Source: Candidatus Magasanikbacteria bacterium RIFOXYD1_FULL_40_23
Lineage (GTDB): Bacteria > Patescibacteriota > Patescibacteriia > Magasanikbacterales > GWA2-37-8
Direction of reading: 5' to 3'
NCBI GenBank assembly: GCA_001783215.1
Contig: MFRA01000005.1
Location: 146,824-210,823, forward strand
Length of the DNA stretch: 64,000 bases
Position 1 is the stretch's first letter. The number at the start of each line of letters is the position of its first letter. Below, one piece after another: positions 45,008 through 54,987 of the stretch. Below the pieces are notes generated by a model. It saw only the letters and a list, made by a program, of their open reading frames with translations. It had not been told where the DNA came from and did not search any database. Position numbers and translations under genes: made by a program.

Positions 45008-45640
45008 ATGAAAGTAAAAGTTTACAATCTAGAAGGTAAAGAAACTGGTGAGATGAATCTGCTCGACAGCGTGTTTGGAGTAAAAATCAAACCAGAAGTT
45101 GTACACGAAGTTTTTGTAGCTTTACAAAACAATCAAAGAGAACCTTGGGCTGACACCAAAAGTAAAGGTGAAGTACGAGGTGGTGGCAAGAAACCTTGGC
45201 AACAAAAAGGTACTGGCCGCGCTCGCCATGGTTCTATCCGTTCTCCAATTTGGAAAGGCGGCGGTGTAACCTTTGGTCCTTTATCAATCCGCAATTACAA
45301 GACCAAAATTAACAAAAAAACCAAACAGTTAGCCCTAAAGATGTGCTTGAGCGATCGCGCTAGTAGCAACGCTTTGTGGGTATTTGAAGATTTTAATTTT
45401 TCCGAACCAAAAACAAAATTGTTTGTAAAATTTCTTACAGCTTTGCCAGCAAAAGCAAAATCATTTTTATTGCTTACACCAGGCAAAAATGATAATGTAA
45501 TCCGCATGACAAGAAATTTAAAATCAGTAAAAACTGCTAGAGTTGAAGATATAAATGTAATGGATGTATTATCAAAATCAGTTGTACTTACCAACAAAGC
45601 AGGTGCAGAAAAGTTAGAAGCAGCTTTAAGTAAAGTTTAA
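45008..45640 (+). CDS. rplD: 50S ribosomal protein L4
   Basis: L4 family sequence (KPWQQKGTGRARHGSIRSPIWKGGGVTFGP). Confidence 0.92.
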   Translation: MKVKVYNLEGKETGEMNLLDSVFGVKIKPEVVHEVFVALQNNQREPWADTKSKGEVRGGGKKPWQQKGTGRARHGSIRSPIWKGGGVTFGPLSIRNYKTKINKKTKQLALKMCLSDRASSNALWVFEDFNFSEPKTKLFVKFLTALPAKAKSFLLLTPGKNDNVIRMTRNLKSVKTARVEDINVMDVLSKSVVLTNKAGAEKLEAALSKV

Positions 45641-45647
45641 TAATCAA

Positions 45648-45723
45648 TATATGCGAAGCATATATTCTAATTCGCTCGGAAATAATTAAATAAATTTAAT
45701 AATTCCACTCACTTAATTACGAA
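45648..45723 (+). promoter_or_regulatory. R2 leader element upstream of rplW
   Basis: atatatgcgaagcatatattctaattcgctcggaaataattaaataaatttaataattccactcacttaattacgaatATG. Confidence 0.5.
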
Positions 45724-45724
45724 T

Positions 45725-46222
45725 ATGGGTTTGATAAATAATTGGTTAAACAAGAAAGATAAAGAACAGTTGAGCAAGACTGGCGAGAAAAAATCTCCAG
45801 CTACTGCTGCTGTGGCCAAAACTAAAACCAAATCCACCGCTCGTGTTTCCGAAAAAGAAAAAACAGAGAAGAAAGAACACGATCACAAAGAGCACGAACC
45901 AAAACAAGTTAAATCCACTGTAAAGGTTTCTACACACAGTACATCCTTTAGAGTTTTAATAAAACCACTTGTTACCGAAAAGAGTGCGATTGCAGAAAGC
46001 AAGAATAAATACAGTTTCTTGGTAGCTAAAGCTGCAAATAAGAATCAAGTAAAAACAGCTGTTGCTGAAATTTACGGAGTACAACCTACACAAGTAAACA
46101 TTGCTAATGTAGAAGGACGCGCAGTGCGTTTCGGAAGATCTGCCGGTCGTCGCGGAGATTATAAAAAAGCAATTGTTACTTTGCCAGCAGGTAAAACAAT
46201 AGATATTCACACTGGAGTTTAA
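45725..46222 (+). CDS. rplW: 50S ribosomal protein L23 with a ~70-aa Lys-rich N-terminal extension
   Basis: The L23 core is FRVLIKPLVTEKS...AVAEIYGVQPTQVNIANV. No alternative in-frame start codon lies between the annotated ATG and the core. Confidence 0.85.
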   Translation: MGLINNWLNKKDKEQLSKTGEKKSPATAAVAKTKTKSTARVSEKEKTEKKEHDHKEHEPKQVKSTVKVSTHSTSFRVLIKPLVTEKSAIAESKNKYSFLVAKAANKNQVKTAVAEIYGVQPTQVNIANVEGRAVRFGRSAGRRGDYKKAIVTLPAGKTIDIHTGV

Positions 46223-46230
46223 TATTATAT

Positions 46231-47076
46231 ATGCCGATTAAGATTTATAAACCAACAAGCGATGGACGACGCCACTCAAGTGTGCAGTCTTTTTCTGATA
46301 TTACAAAAAAGAAACCGGAGAAGTCTCTAGTTGTATTTTTACCTCCAAGTTCTGGCCGCAACAACCAAGGTGTTCTTACTGTTAGACATCAAGGTGGCGG
46401 CGTTAAACAATTTTATCGCTTAGTTGATTTTAAATTGACCAAATTTGATATGGAAGCCACTGTATTGGCTATTGAATACGATCCAAATCGTGGACCTCGT
46501 ATTGCTTTAGTTCAATACACAGATGGTGTAAAAGCTTACGTTTTGGCACCGGAAGGCTTAAAAGTAGGAGACAAGATTATGTCTTCTCAAAAAGCCATCG
46601 AAGCCAATGTTGGTAGCCGTATGCCTTTGGAATTTATTCCAGTTGGTATGTTTATCCATAATTTAGAGCTTACTCCTGGCAAAGGCGGACAATTGGTTCG
46701 TGGTGCAGGAAATGCTGCTCAATTACTAGATAAAGAAGAAACTCATGTTTTGGTAAAATTACCATCTGGAGAAGTAAGAAAGATTTTGAAAGAATGCGCT
46801 GCAACTGTAGGTTCAATGGGAAATGCTGATTACGCTTTGATTCGTTGGGGTAAAGCTGGAAGAAACCGCATGCGCGGTATTCGTCCTCGTGTAAACGGTA
46901 AGAACATGAACCCTGTAGACCATCCACACGGTGGTGGTGAGGGTCACAACCCAATCGGTCAAAAGAGAGGTCCACAAACCATTTATGGTAAGCCAGCTAG
47001 AGGTGTTAAGACCCGCAAGCCAGGCAAGTGGAGTGATAAATTCGTAGTTAAGTCTAGAAAAGTTAAATCCCAATAA
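46231..47076 (+). CDS. rplB: 50S ribosomal protein L2
   Basis: ...[16 protein letters not shown]...HPHGGGEG. Confidence 0.95.
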   Translation: MPIKIYKPTSDGRRHSSVQSFSDITKKKPEKSLVVFLPPSSGRNNQGVLTVRHQGGGVKQFYRLVDFKLTKFDMEATVLAIEYDPNRGPRIALVQYTDGVKAYVLAPEGLKVGDKIMSSQKAIEANVGSRMPLEFIPVGMFIHNLELTPGKGGQLVRGAGNAAQLLDKEETHVLVKLPSGEVRKILKECAATVGSMGNADYALIRWGKAGRNRMRGIRPRVNGKNMNPVDHPHGGGEGHNPIGQKRGPQTIYGKPARGVKTRKPGKWSDKFVVKSRKVKSQ

Positions 47077-47081
47077 TCTAT

Positions 47082-47426
47082 ATGTCTAGAAGTTTAAAAA
47101 AAGGCCCTTACGTTGATCCGAGAGTTCTGAACAAAGTAGAAAAGATGAAGGCCGCTGGAAAAAGACAACCAATAAAGACTTGGTCAAGAGCATGTGTAAT
47201 TTCTCCGGAAATGGTAGCTCAAACTTTTTTGGTTCACAATGGTAAAGATTTCTTAACTGTTTTGGTTGATGAAAATATGGTAGGCCACCGCTTGGGTGAG
47301 TTTGCTCCTACCAAGAAATTTGTTCGCCATGGTGGTAAGATGGCTAAAGATCAAGAAGGGGCAGCTGCCGCAGCTGCAGCCGCTGATTCCAAACCAGCCG
47401 CTAAAGCAGGAGAAAAAAAGAAATAA
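47082..47426 (+). CDS. rpsS: 30S ribosomal protein S19 with an Ala/Lys-rich C-terminal tail
   Basis: [12 protein letters not shown]...VHNGKDF; tail [22 protein letters not shown]. Confidence 0.92.
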   Translation: MSRSLKKGPYVDPRVLNKVEKMKAAGKRQPIKTWSRACVISPEMVAQTFLVHNGKDFLTVLVDENMVGHRLGEFAPTKKFVRHGGKMAKDQEGAAAAAAAADSKPAAKAGEKKK

Positions 47427-47431
47427 GCAAA

Positions 47432-47500
47432 GCTTGAAATTACGTCGGGGTTCGTAAATAAGAAAGCATTCTTATTTAGCTCACCCCTAGCAATTATAAT
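47432..47500 (+). promoter_or_regulatory. R1 leader element upstream of rplV
   Basis: gcttgaaattacgtcggggttcgtaaataagaaagcattcttatttagctcacccctagcaattataat. Confidence 0.55.
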
Positions 47501-47507
47501 TAATTTT

Positions 47508-47894
47508 ATGACAACACAAGTAACAGCAAAATTAAGATTCTTAAGAATGGGGCCACGCAAGGTTCGTCTTGTGGTAGATATGATTCGTGGTAAAAAAGTT
47601 TTAAGAGCCCTAGATATTTTGTCTGTGTTGCCAAAAAGAGCAGCTCATCCAGTTTTGAAACTGCTAAATTCAGCTGTTGCAAACGCTAAGCATAATCATT
47701 CATTAGCTGTAGAAGACCTAAAGATCTCCGAAGTTTATGTAGATGGCGGTCCGGTACTAAAAAGATCAATGCCAAAAGCGCATGGTAGAGCTACTCCAAT
47801 CCGAGAGCGCACCAGTCATATCAATTTGGTTTTATCAACATTTGATAAGCGCGTTAAATCAGAAAAAGATAAAGAGTTAAAATCTAAATCCTAA
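47508..47894 (+). CDS. rplV: 50S ribosomal protein L22
   Basis: AKLRFLRMGPRKVRLVVDMIRGKKV. Confidence 0.92.
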   Translation: MTTQVTAKLRFLRMGPRKVRLVVDMIRGKKVLRALDILSVLPKRAAHPVLKLLNSAVANAKHNHSLAVEDLKISEVYVDGGPVLKRSMPKAHGRATPIRERTSHINLVLSTFDKRVKSEKDKELKSKS

Positions 47895-47896
47895 AT

Positions 47897-48598
47897 ATGG
47901 GACATAAAGTTCACCCTAAAATTCACAGAATTCCGACTATATATTCTTGGGATTCAAAATGGTTTGCCAAAAATGCTCAAATGCCTTTGTTTTTGAAGCA
48001 GGAAGTTCAAATCAGAGACTTTTTAACAAAGAAACTAAAAGAATCTTTAATTGACAGTATTAGCATTGAAAGAAATCCAAAAGAGCTAACTGTTTATATT
48101 TTAGCAGGCAAGCCGGGTACTATCATTGGCCGTGGTGGTCAGGGTATGGCAGATTTGTCCAAACACATTGAAAGAAAAATTTTACAACAAAAATTAAAAG
48201 CTAAGATTAATGTTTTAGAAGTTCGTCAGCCAGCACTATCTGCACAGATTGTGGCAACAAATGCTGCTACCGATATCGAAAAACGTTTTCCTTTCCGCAG
48301 AGTAATGAAGCAAATGATAGAAAGAGTAATGAGTGCTGGCGGACAAGGAGTTAAAGTAAGAATGAGTGGACGTTTAAACGGTGTAGAAATTGCCAGAACC
48401 GAAAAATTGGCAGCCGGAAAAATGTCGCTTATTACTTTGCGCAGCGATGTAGATTACGCTCAAGCTGAAGCCCAAACATTGTATGGAAAAATTGGTATCC
48501 AGGTTTGGATATACAAGGGTGAAGCTTTTAGCCGCAGAGATAAATTTGCCAAAAAAGAAGAAGATTCAAAAGAAGAAAAACCTAAAGCAAAGAAATAA
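47897..48598 (+). CDS. rpsC: 30S ribosomal protein S3
   Basis: [12 protein letters not shown]...; KH and S3-C domains. Confidence 0.95.
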   Translation: MGHKVHPKIHRIPTIYSWDSKWFAKNAQMPLFLKQEVQIRDFLTKKLKESLIDSISIERNPKELTVYILAGKPGTIIGRGGQGMADLSKHIERKILQQKLKAKINVLEVRQPALSAQIVATNAATDIEKRFPFRRVMKQMIERVMSAGGQGVKVRMSGRLNGVEIARTEKLAAGKMSLITLRSDVDYAQAEAQTLYGKIGIQVWIYKGEAFSRRDKFAKKEEDSKEEKPKAKK

Positions 48599-48606
48599 GA
48601 AGTAGT

Positions 48607-49020
48607 ATGTTGTTACCAAAAAAAGTATTACATAGAAAATGGCACAAAGGCCGCCGCAGACACTTGGGAGTTGCTACTCGCAATAATTTTGTAGCCTTTG
48701 GAGAATACGGAATCAAAAGCCAAGAACATGGATGGGTAAATAGCCGTCAGATTGAAGCAATCCGCCGTGTGCTTACTCGCTATGTAAAAAAGGGTGGAAA
48801 GATTTGGATCCGCATATTCCCAGATAAGCCAATTACCAAAAAAGGAAATGAAACCCCTATGGGTGGTGGTAAAGGTGCTCCAGACCACTATGTGGCTGTA
48901 GTAAAACCAGGGACTGTAATGTTTGAAATGGGTGGTTTGCCAGAAGCAACTGCAAGAGAGGCTATTAAAAACGCAGCCTTTAAGATCAGTGTAAAAACAA
49001 AGTTTGTTACTAAACACTAA
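48607..49020 (+). CDS. rplP: 50S ribosomal protein L16
   Basis: [18 protein letters not shown]... Confidence 0.95.
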   Translation: MLLPKKVLHRKWHKGRRRHLGVATRNNFVAFGEYGIKSQEHGWVNSRQIEAIRRVLTRYVKKGGKIWIRIFPDKPITKKGNETPMGGGKGAPDHYVAVVKPGTVMFEMGGLPEATAREAIKNAAFKISVKTKFVTKH

Positions 49021-49050
49021 GAATAAAGATTATACAAATAATTTAAACGT

Positions 49051-49248
49051 ATGCAATGGGAAGATTTAAAAAATAAAGGCAAAAAAGAGCTAGAAGAATT
49101 GCTTTCTGAGAACAGAAATGAGCTTAGAAGTTTGCTTTTCCAAACCCATGGCCGACAATTAAAGCAAGTTCACAAAATCGACTTGATCAAAAAAACAATT
49201 GCTAGAATCACTATGGCTTTAAAAGATTTGTCTAGAAAAGTTATATAA
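49051..49248 (+). CDS. rpmC: 50S ribosomal protein L29
   Basis: 65 aa, KELEELLSENRNELRSLLFQ. Confidence 0.85.
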   Translation: MQWEDLKNKGKKELEELLSENRNELRSLLFQTHGRQLKQVHKIDLIKKTIARITMALKDLSRKVI

Positions 49249-49252
49249 ATAT

Positions 49253-49537
49253 ATGTCAACTGAAAATACACAATCCACTCACAATAGAAACTTTGAAGGA
49301 ACTGTTGTTTCTGCAGCTATGAACAAGACTGTTGTTGTTAGAGTTGACGCTATGGCGATGCACGCCAAGTATAACAAGAGCTACAAAGTTAGCAACAAAT
49401 ACCATGTTCATGACGAAAAGAGTGAAGCCAAAGTGGGTGACAAGGTAAAATTTGTAGAATGCCGACCATTATCCAAAACAAAAAAATGGAGATTAGTAGA
49501 GGTTTTGGGAGTTAAATCTAAAAAAGCCAAAGCTTAA
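49253..49537 (+). CDS. rpsQ: 30S ribosomal protein S17
   Basis: FEGTVVSAAMNKTVVVRVD...KYHVHDE. Confidence 0.92.
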   Translation: MSTENTQSTHNRNFEGTVVSAAMNKTVVVRVDAMAMHAKYNKSYKVSNKYHVHDEKSEAKVGDKVKFVECRPLSKTKKWRLVEVLGVKSKKAKA

Positions 49538-49549
49538 AGAATCAAGTAT

Positions 49550-49921
49550 ATGATACAACATCGCTCAATGTTAAAAGTAGCCGATAATACTGGTGCAAAG
49601 AAGTTACAATGCATCCGTGTTTTGGGTGGTTACAAAAAAAGATACGCTATCATTGGCGATATTGTTACCTGTTCCGTAAAAGAAGCCGCTCCGCACGGTT
49701 TGGTTAAAAAAGGTGAAGTTGTACATGTAGTTATTGCTAGACTTCGCAAACATACTCGCAGAGCAGATGGTACCTATATTCGTTTTGATGAAAACGCTGC
49801 TATAATTATTGATAGAAAATCCAAAGAGCCAAAAGGTACACGTATTTTGGGTCCGGTTGCCAGAGAATTGCGCTCCAAAGGTTTTCAAAAAATTATTTCT
49901 TTAGCTCCGGAAGTATTGTAA
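49550..49921 (+). CDS. rplN: 50S ribosomal protein L14
   Basis: [27 protein letters not shown]. Confidence 0.95.
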   Translation: MIQHRSMLKVADNTGAKKLQCIRVLGGYKKRYAIIGDIVTCSVKEAAPHGLVKKGEVVHVVIARLRKHTRRADGTYIRFDENAAIIIDRKSKEPKGTRILGPVARELRSKGFQKIISLAPEVL

Positions 49922-49928
49922 TTTCTAT

Positions 49929-50237
49929 ATGAAAATAAAAACAAACGACAATGTAAAAGTATTAAGTGGAAAAGATGCTGGTAAAACCGGCAAAGTTATT
50001 CAGGTTTTTCCTAGAGAAGAGAAAGTAGTGGTAGAAGGTGTAAATATCATGAAGAAAAACATGAAAGCAAACAAAAAAGGTGAGAAGGGCCAAAAGATAG
50101 AGCTCGCTGGTCCAATGCATATGAGTAAAGTAGCGCTTGTTTGTCCTAAATGTAATCTGGATACCAGAGTTGGATATAAAGTAGAAGGAACTGACAAAAA
50201 ACGCATTTGTAGAAAATGTAAAGAACTAATAGACTAG
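49929..50237 (+). CDS. rplX: 50S ribosomal protein L24 with a C-terminal C4 zinc-ribbon extension
   Basis: KOW core KTNDNVKVLSGKDAGKTGKV. Tail CPKC...CRKC. Confidence 0.9.
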   Translation: MKIKTNDNVKVLSGKDAGKTGKVIQVFPREEKVVVEGVNIMKKNMKANKKGEKGQKIELAGPMHMSKVALVCPKCNLDTRVGYKVEGTDKKRICRKCKELID

Positions 50238-50241
50238 TATT

Positions 50242-50784
50242 ATGAAAGTGAATTTATACGAAAAATATAAAAAAGAAATCGTACCTGCTTTGCAGAAAGA
50301 GTTTGGTTTCAAGAACGTAATGCAAGTTCCTAAATTAAAAAAGGTAGTTCTTAATGCTGGTATCGGACGTTTTGTAAAAGAGCCTCGCTTTATAGATAAC
50401 GTAGAAGCTAACTTGACCAAGATCAGTGGTCAAAAGCCTATGCGCACCAAAGCCAAGAAATCCATTTCTAACTTCAAAACTCGTGAAGGTATGGAAATCG
50501 GTGTGGCAGTTACTTTGCGCGGAGCAAAAATGTATCAATTTTTAGAAAAATTAGTTTCAATCACTTTGCCACGCGTAAGAGACTTTAGAGGTTTATCTGA
50601 CAAGAGTTTTGATAAGAACGGAAATTACGCAATTGGTTTCAAAGAGAACTTGGCTTTCCCAGAAATTAAGACTGAAGAATTGGAAAAAATGCATGGTTTA
50701 CAAATTATTATAAATATTAGCGCAAAAAATAAAGCGGAAGGCAAAGCTTTGTTAACTCACTTGGGCTTTCCCTTTGTAAAATAA
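50242..50784 (+). CDS. rplE: 50S ribosomal protein L5
   Basis: L5 family sequence (NVMQVPKLKKVVLNAGIG). Confidence 0.95.
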   Translation: MKVNLYEKYKKEIVPALQKEFGFKNVMQVPKLKKVVLNAGIGRFVKEPRFIDNVEANLTKISGQKPMRTKAKKSISNFKTREGMEIGVAVTLRGAKMYQFLEKLVSITLPRVRDFRGLSDKSFDKNGNYAIGFKENLAFPEIKTEELEKMHGLQIIINISAKNKAEGKALLTHLGFPFVK

Positions 50785-50789
50785 GCGGA

Positions 50790-50857
50790 GCTTGAAATTC
50801 CGTCGGGCCTCGCAAATAAAACACATTTTATTTGACTCAGCCCTAGAAATTATAAAA
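50790..50857 (+). promoter_or_regulatory. R1 leader element upstream of rpsN
   Basis: gcttgaaattccgtcgggcctcgcaaataaaacacattttatttgactcagccctagaaattataaaa. Confidence 0.55.
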
Positions 50858-50859
50858 AT

Positions 50860-51045
50860 ATGGCTACCCAATCACAAATTGCAAAATCAAATAGAAAACC
50901 TAAATTTACCACTAGAATCGTAAGACGCTGTTGGAAATGCGGCCGTGTCCACGGTTATATGGGAGAATTTGGGTTGTGCCGTATTTGTTTTAGAGAATTA
51001 GCCAACCAGGGTAAGATTCCTGGTGTGCGTAAATCAAGCTGGTAA
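50860..51045 (+). CDS. rpsN: 30S ribosomal protein S14, zinc-binding type Z
   Basis: 61 aa, CWKCGRVHGYMGEFGLCRIC. Confidence 0.92.
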   Translation: MATQSQIAKSNRKPKFTTRIVRRCWKCGRVHGYMGEFGLCRICFRELANQGKIPGVRKSSW

Positions 51046-51060
51046 ATTAATTTAAATACT

Positions 51061-51450
51061 ATGATGACGGATCCTATCGCTGACATGTTAACCCGCATAC
51101 GTAATGCCTCTCTAGTGAATAAGAAAGAGGTTATGTTGCCATATTCCAAAATCAAATTTGGCATTGCTAATATTCTGGTTAAAGAAGGATATTTAAAAAA
51201 AGTAGAAGAGAAAAAGGATGTTCACCCTTATCTTTTAGTTACTTTGCAATATCACAGCAATGTTCCAGCTATTACTCACATCAAAAGAATTAGTAAACCA
51301 GGCCACAGGCGCTATATAAAGAGAGATGATATTGAGAAAGTTTTGAGTGGTTTTGGCGTGGCTATCCTATCAACACCAAAAGGCTTGCTTACAAATACAG
51401 AGGCCAGAAAAGAGCAAGTAGGTGGCGAATTAATTTGTGAAGTCTATTAA
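51061..51450 (+). CDS. rpsH: 30S ribosomal protein S8
   Basis: MTDPIADMLTRIRNA. Confidence 0.95.
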   Translation: MMTDPIADMLTRIRNASLVNKKEVMLPYSKIKFGIANILVKEGYLKKVEEKKDVHPYLLVTLQYHSNVPAITHIKRISKPGHRRYIKRDDIEKVLSGFGVAILSTPKGLLTNTEARKEQVGGELICEVY

Positions 51451-51465
51451 AGTAATTGATATAGT

Positions 51466-52017
51466 ATGTCTAGAATAGGCAAAAAAGTTATCACTATCCC
51501 TGCAGGCGTTACTGTTAGTATTGAAAAAGATCAAGTTGCAGTAAAAGGGCCAAAAGGTGAATTAAAGCTAAAGTTGCACCCAAGAGTGGTGGTAGTTTGT
51601 GATAAAAACGAAGTAACTACTCAAGTTGTAAACGAAAACAACAAGCAAGACAGAGCTTTGTGGGGAACTTTTTCTAGCCTAGTAATCAACATGGTAAAAG
51701 GTGTAACCGAAGGATTTAAGAAAGAATTGGAAATAAATGGTGTAGGTTACAAAGCTGCTATGAAGGGAACAAATCTAATGCTAGAAGTTGGTTTTTCTCA
51801 TCCTGTAGAAATCAAACCAGCCGCAGGTGTAAAGTTCGCTGTAGATAAAAATCTTATCACTATAGAAGGTGTAGATAAGCAAATGATTGGTGAAATGGCT
51901 GCTCAGATTAGAAGTATTAGAAAACCAGAACCATATAAAGGAAAAGGCATTAAGTATGTTACTGAAGTTATCCGACGCAAGGCTGGTAAGACAGCCGCCA
52001 AAGGAGCTGCAGCCTAA
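51466..52017 (+). CDS. rplF: 50S ribosomal protein L6
   Basis: MSRIGKKVITIPAGV. Confidence 0.95.
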   Translation: MSRIGKKVITIPAGVTVSIEKDQVAVKGPKGELKLKLHPRVVVVCDKNEVTTQVVNENNKQDRALWGTFSSLVINMVKGVTEGFKKELEINGVGYKAAMKGTNLMLEVGFSHPVEIKPAAGVKFAVDKNLITIEGVDKQMIGEMAAQIRSIRKPEPYKGKGIKYVTEVIRRKAGKTAAKGAAA

Positions 52018-52043
52018 AAATTGGTTTATTATAAAAATGTAGT

Positions 52044-52418
52044 ATGAAGCGATTATTTGTTAAAAACAAAAGCAAACTAAGAGAAGTTAGACACGCTAGA
52101 ATCCGCAAAGCTTTGGGCGGAACTGCAGACGTGCCTCGCTTGTCTGTTTTTCGTAGCTTAAAAGGAATGACTGTGCAGATTATAGATGACGTATCGCGCA
52201 AAACTTTATGCTATGCTAGTATTAAAGAAGTAAAAGAAAAGAAAGCAGAAAACAGAAACGGAAAAGTAGCAACTAGCTATTTGCTAGGCAAGGTTTTGGC
52301 AGAAAAAGCAAAAGCAAAAGGTGTTACTAAGGTAAAATTTGATCGCGGTGGTTATAAATACCATGGACGCGTACAAGCTTTGGCCGAAGGCGCTAGAGAA
52401 GGCGGTTTAGTTTTTTAA
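52044..52418 (+). CDS. rplR: 50S ribosomal protein L18
   Basis: RLSVFRSLKGMTVQIIDD. Confidence 0.92.
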   Translation: MKRLFVKNKSKLREVRHARIRKALGGTADVPRLSVFRSLKGMTVQIIDDVSRKTLCYASIKEVKEKKAENRNGKVATSYLLGKVLAEKAKAKGVTKVKFDRGGYKYHGRVQALAEGAREGGLVF

Positions 52419-52440
52419 AGTATAATAAGAAATTTATAGT

Positions 52441-52965
52441 ATGAGTAAACCAATGGGACGCAGAGGAGACAAACCAAGAGAAAAGCCTGAATTTGATCAG
52501 TATGTTTTGGATTTGGCTCGTGTTACTCGCGTAACAAAAGGTGGAAAACATATGAGTTTCCGCGCCGCTGTTATTTTGGGTGATCGCCATGGCCGTGTAG
52601 GTTTTGGACTTGCCAAAGGTAAGGACGTTCAATTGGGGGTAGAAAAAGCTGTTCACCAAGCCAAGAAAAACATGATTACAGTACCTATTATAAACGAAAC
52701 TGTTCCTCATGCTGTAGTTTGCAAGTTCAAGGCGGCCACTATTTTCCTTAAGCCAGCTCCAAAAGGTTCCGGTATTATTGCTGGGGGAGCCACTCGCGCA
52801 ATGTTAGAATTGGCTGGTATTCCAAATATCTCTTCCAAAATTTTAGGTAAAACAAAAAACAAAGTAACTATTGTAAAAGCTACATTCAACGCTTTGCAAT
52901 TATTTAAAAAATCACACAAGAAATCGGAAGAAGCAAAAGAAGTTGTGGCAGTTAAGGCAGAGTAA
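52441..52965 (+). CDS. rpsE: 30S ribosomal protein S5
   Basis: VTKGGKHMSFRAAVILGD...; immediately followed by rplO with no rpmD (L30). Confidence 0.95.
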   Translation: MSKPMGRRGDKPREKPEFDQYVLDLARVTRVTKGGKHMSFRAAVILGDRHGRVGFGLAKGKDVQLGVEKAVHQAKKNMITVPIINETVPHAVVCKFKAATIFLKPAPKGSGIIAGGATRAMLELAGIPNISSKILGKTKNKVTIVKATFNALQLFKKSHKKSEEAKEVVAVKAE

Positions 52966-52984
52966 TTTAGGTTAATTTTCAAAT

Positions 52985-53425
52985 ATGTCTTTACATATAC
53001 ATACAATCGGCCCAGCCAAAGGATCTAAGTTCGCTAAAAAAGTAGTGGGCAGAGGTAGTGCGTCTGGTCTTGGTACTACTGCCGGTCGTGGTGGTAAGGG
53101 TCAAACAGCTAGATCAGGTGGAAGCAGTGGAAATGTCCGCCGTGGTTTTAAGTTTCAATTGCAATCTACTCCAAAACTTCGTGGTTTTACTGGTATAAAC
53201 AAGAAACCATCCGAAGTTTATTTGTCTGATTTAGAAAATAAATTTAAAGACGGAGAAGTTGTAAACCTTGCTTCCTTAAAAGAAAAAGACCTCATTAATT
53301 CTTCTGCTAAATCCGCTAAAGTTTTATCTACTGGCGAGATTACCAAGAAATTATCTGTAGAAGGAGTAGCTTGCACTGCAGGCGCAGCCACCAAGATCAA
53401 AGCAGTAGGCGGAGAAGTCAAATAA
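52985..53425 (+). CDS. rplO: 50S ribosomal protein L15
   Basis: Gly/Arg-rich N-terminus GRGSASGLGTTAGRGGKGQ. Confidence 0.92.
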   Translation: MSLHIHTIGPAKGSKFAKKVVGRGSASGLGTTAGRGGKGQTARSGGSSGNVRRGFKFQLQSTPKLRGFTGINKKPSEVYLSDLENKFKDGEVVNLASLKEKDLINSSAKSAKVLSTGEITKKLSVEGVACTAGAATKIKAVGGEVK

Positions 53426-53499
53426 TGATAAAATGGTAAAGCTGATTGTGTTGGTCAAGTGGAATGGTTTACCAGTTTAATCACCTTCATCAATTATTT

Positions 53500-54774
53500 A
53501 TGTGGGAAAAAATACAACAAGTTTGGAAAATTAAAGATATTAGAAATAAAATTTTATTTGTTGTAGGCGCGCTCGTAATCTTCAGACTAGTGGCCCACAT
53601 TCCAATTCCAGGTGTAAATTTAGCAAACTTACGCCAATTTTTGGCAGGTAATCAAATCTTTGGCTTGTTAGATGTATTCTCCGGCGGTACAATGAGTAAT
53701 TTCTCTATCGTAATGTTGGGTGTTGGTCCATATATCACTTCTTCCATTATCTTCCAGCTACTTGCTATGATTGTGCCGAAATTAGAGGAGCTGTCCAAAG
53801 AAGGTGAATCAGGCCAGCAAAGAATAAATAGTTATACTAGATTATTGGCTGTGCCGCTTGCTTTTGTACAATCCTACGCCATGATCAAGATTTTAAATAG
53901 ACCAGGGCTTCCAATAATTACCGATTTAACCTTCTTCCGTTTGGTTACCATCATGATGACCATTACCGCCGGTACTATGTTTTTGATGTGGATTGGTGAA
54001 TTAATCTCTGAAAAGAAAGTTGGCAACGGCATATCACTGCTTATTTTTGCCGGTATCGTATCTAGTTTCCCTGGCGCTATTCGTAATTTTTTCCTCAACT
54101 ATAATTCTGCTGATTTTTATATCTTTGTATTATTTGCAGTTTTGGCAGTGCTTACAGTGGTAGGTGTTGTATTTATAAACGAAGGACAAAGAAACATTCC
54201 TGTAAATTATGCTAAGCAAATGCGCGGCACTCATATGTATGGTGGTAACTCTACCCACTTGCCATTACGCGTAAACATGTCTGGTGTTATCCCAATCATC
54301 TTTGCTATTTCACTTATGGTTTTTCCATCGCTTATTGCCCAATTCTTTATTCAAGCACAAACCGCTTGGATAGCTAGTGCGGCAGCAGGCACTATCGCTT
54401 TGTTCCAAAACCAATTATTCTACGGCGTAGTTTATTTCTTGTTAGTATTTGGATTTACCTATTTCTACACATCTGTAATTTTCCACCCTCAAAAAATGGC
54501 GGAAAACTTGCAGAAACAAGGTGGTTTTATTCCTGGTATTCGCCCAGGGCTAGAAACCGAAAAGTATCTTGGTCAAACTATGAACCGTATAAATCTGACC
54601 GGCGCCTTATTCTTGGGTGTAATCGCTATCCTGCCACTGCTTGTACAATATTTTATGGGCACAACCAACTTGGCTATTGGTGGTACTAGTTTGCTTATCG
54701 TAGTTTCTGTAGCAATTGAAATATCTAAACAAATTAGTTCTCAACTAACCATGCACGCTTACGACAATGTTTAG
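53500..54774 (+). CDS. secY: preprotein translocase subunit SecY
   Basis: 10 TM helices; NIPVNYAKQ and PLRVNMSGVIP motifs. The start is taken as MWEKIQQ. Confidence 0.9.
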   Translation: MWEKIQQVWKIKDIRNKILFVVGALVIFRLVAHIPIPGVNLANLRQFLAGNQIFGLLDVFSGGTMSNFSIVMLGVGPYITSSIIFQLLAMIVPKLEELSKEGESGQQRINSYTRLLAVPLAFVQSYAMIKILNRPGLPIITDLTFFRLVTIMMTITAGTMFLMWIGELISEKKVGNGISLLIFAGIVSSFPGAIRNFFLNYNSADFYIFVLFAVLAVLTVVGVVFINEGQRNIPVNYAKQMRGTHMYGGNSTHLPLRVNMSGVIPIIFAISLMVFPSLIAQFFIQAQTAWIASAAAGTIALFQNQLFYGVVYFLLVFGFTYFYTSVIFHPQKMAENLQKQGGFIPGIRPGLETEKYLGQTMNRINLTGALFLGVIAILPLLVQYFMGTTNLAIGGTSLLIVVSVAIEISKQISSQLTMHAYDNV

Positions 54775-54819
54775 TCTGAGGCCAAGATTGAAGAAACCTT
54801 TTTGAAATGATAAACTAAG

Positions 54820-54842
54820 AGGGCTGGAAAGCCCTTTTTAGT
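54820..54842 (+). terminator. rho-independent terminator after secY
   Basis: agggctggaaagcccttttt. Confidence 0.6.
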
Positions 54843-54873
54843 TTAAATTAACTTAAAATAGTAAATAGTAGGA

Positions 54874-54984
54874 TAGGGGCTAAAGCCACATATATACTCA
54901 TTCACTCGGAAATATCCAGATTAAATATTTATAACTCGCAAGCGATTATAAATATTTCATTGTCTATTTCCCTCATTCATCTCG
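54874..54984 (+). promoter_or_regulatory. R2 leader element upstream of adk
   Basis: ggataggggctaaagccacatatatactcattcactcggaaatatccagattaaatattt...ccctcattcatctcgtatATG. Confidence 0.5.
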
Positions 54985-54987
54985 TAT

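Noticed and set aside
47432-47500. R1 elements as ordinary sigma70 promoters (TTGAAA ... TATAAT)
   Set aside because: The -35-like and -10-like hexamers are ~55-60 bp apart, far beyond a 16-18 bp spacer. The conserved boxes and covarying clamp argue for a structured element instead, though an embedded promoter is not excluded.
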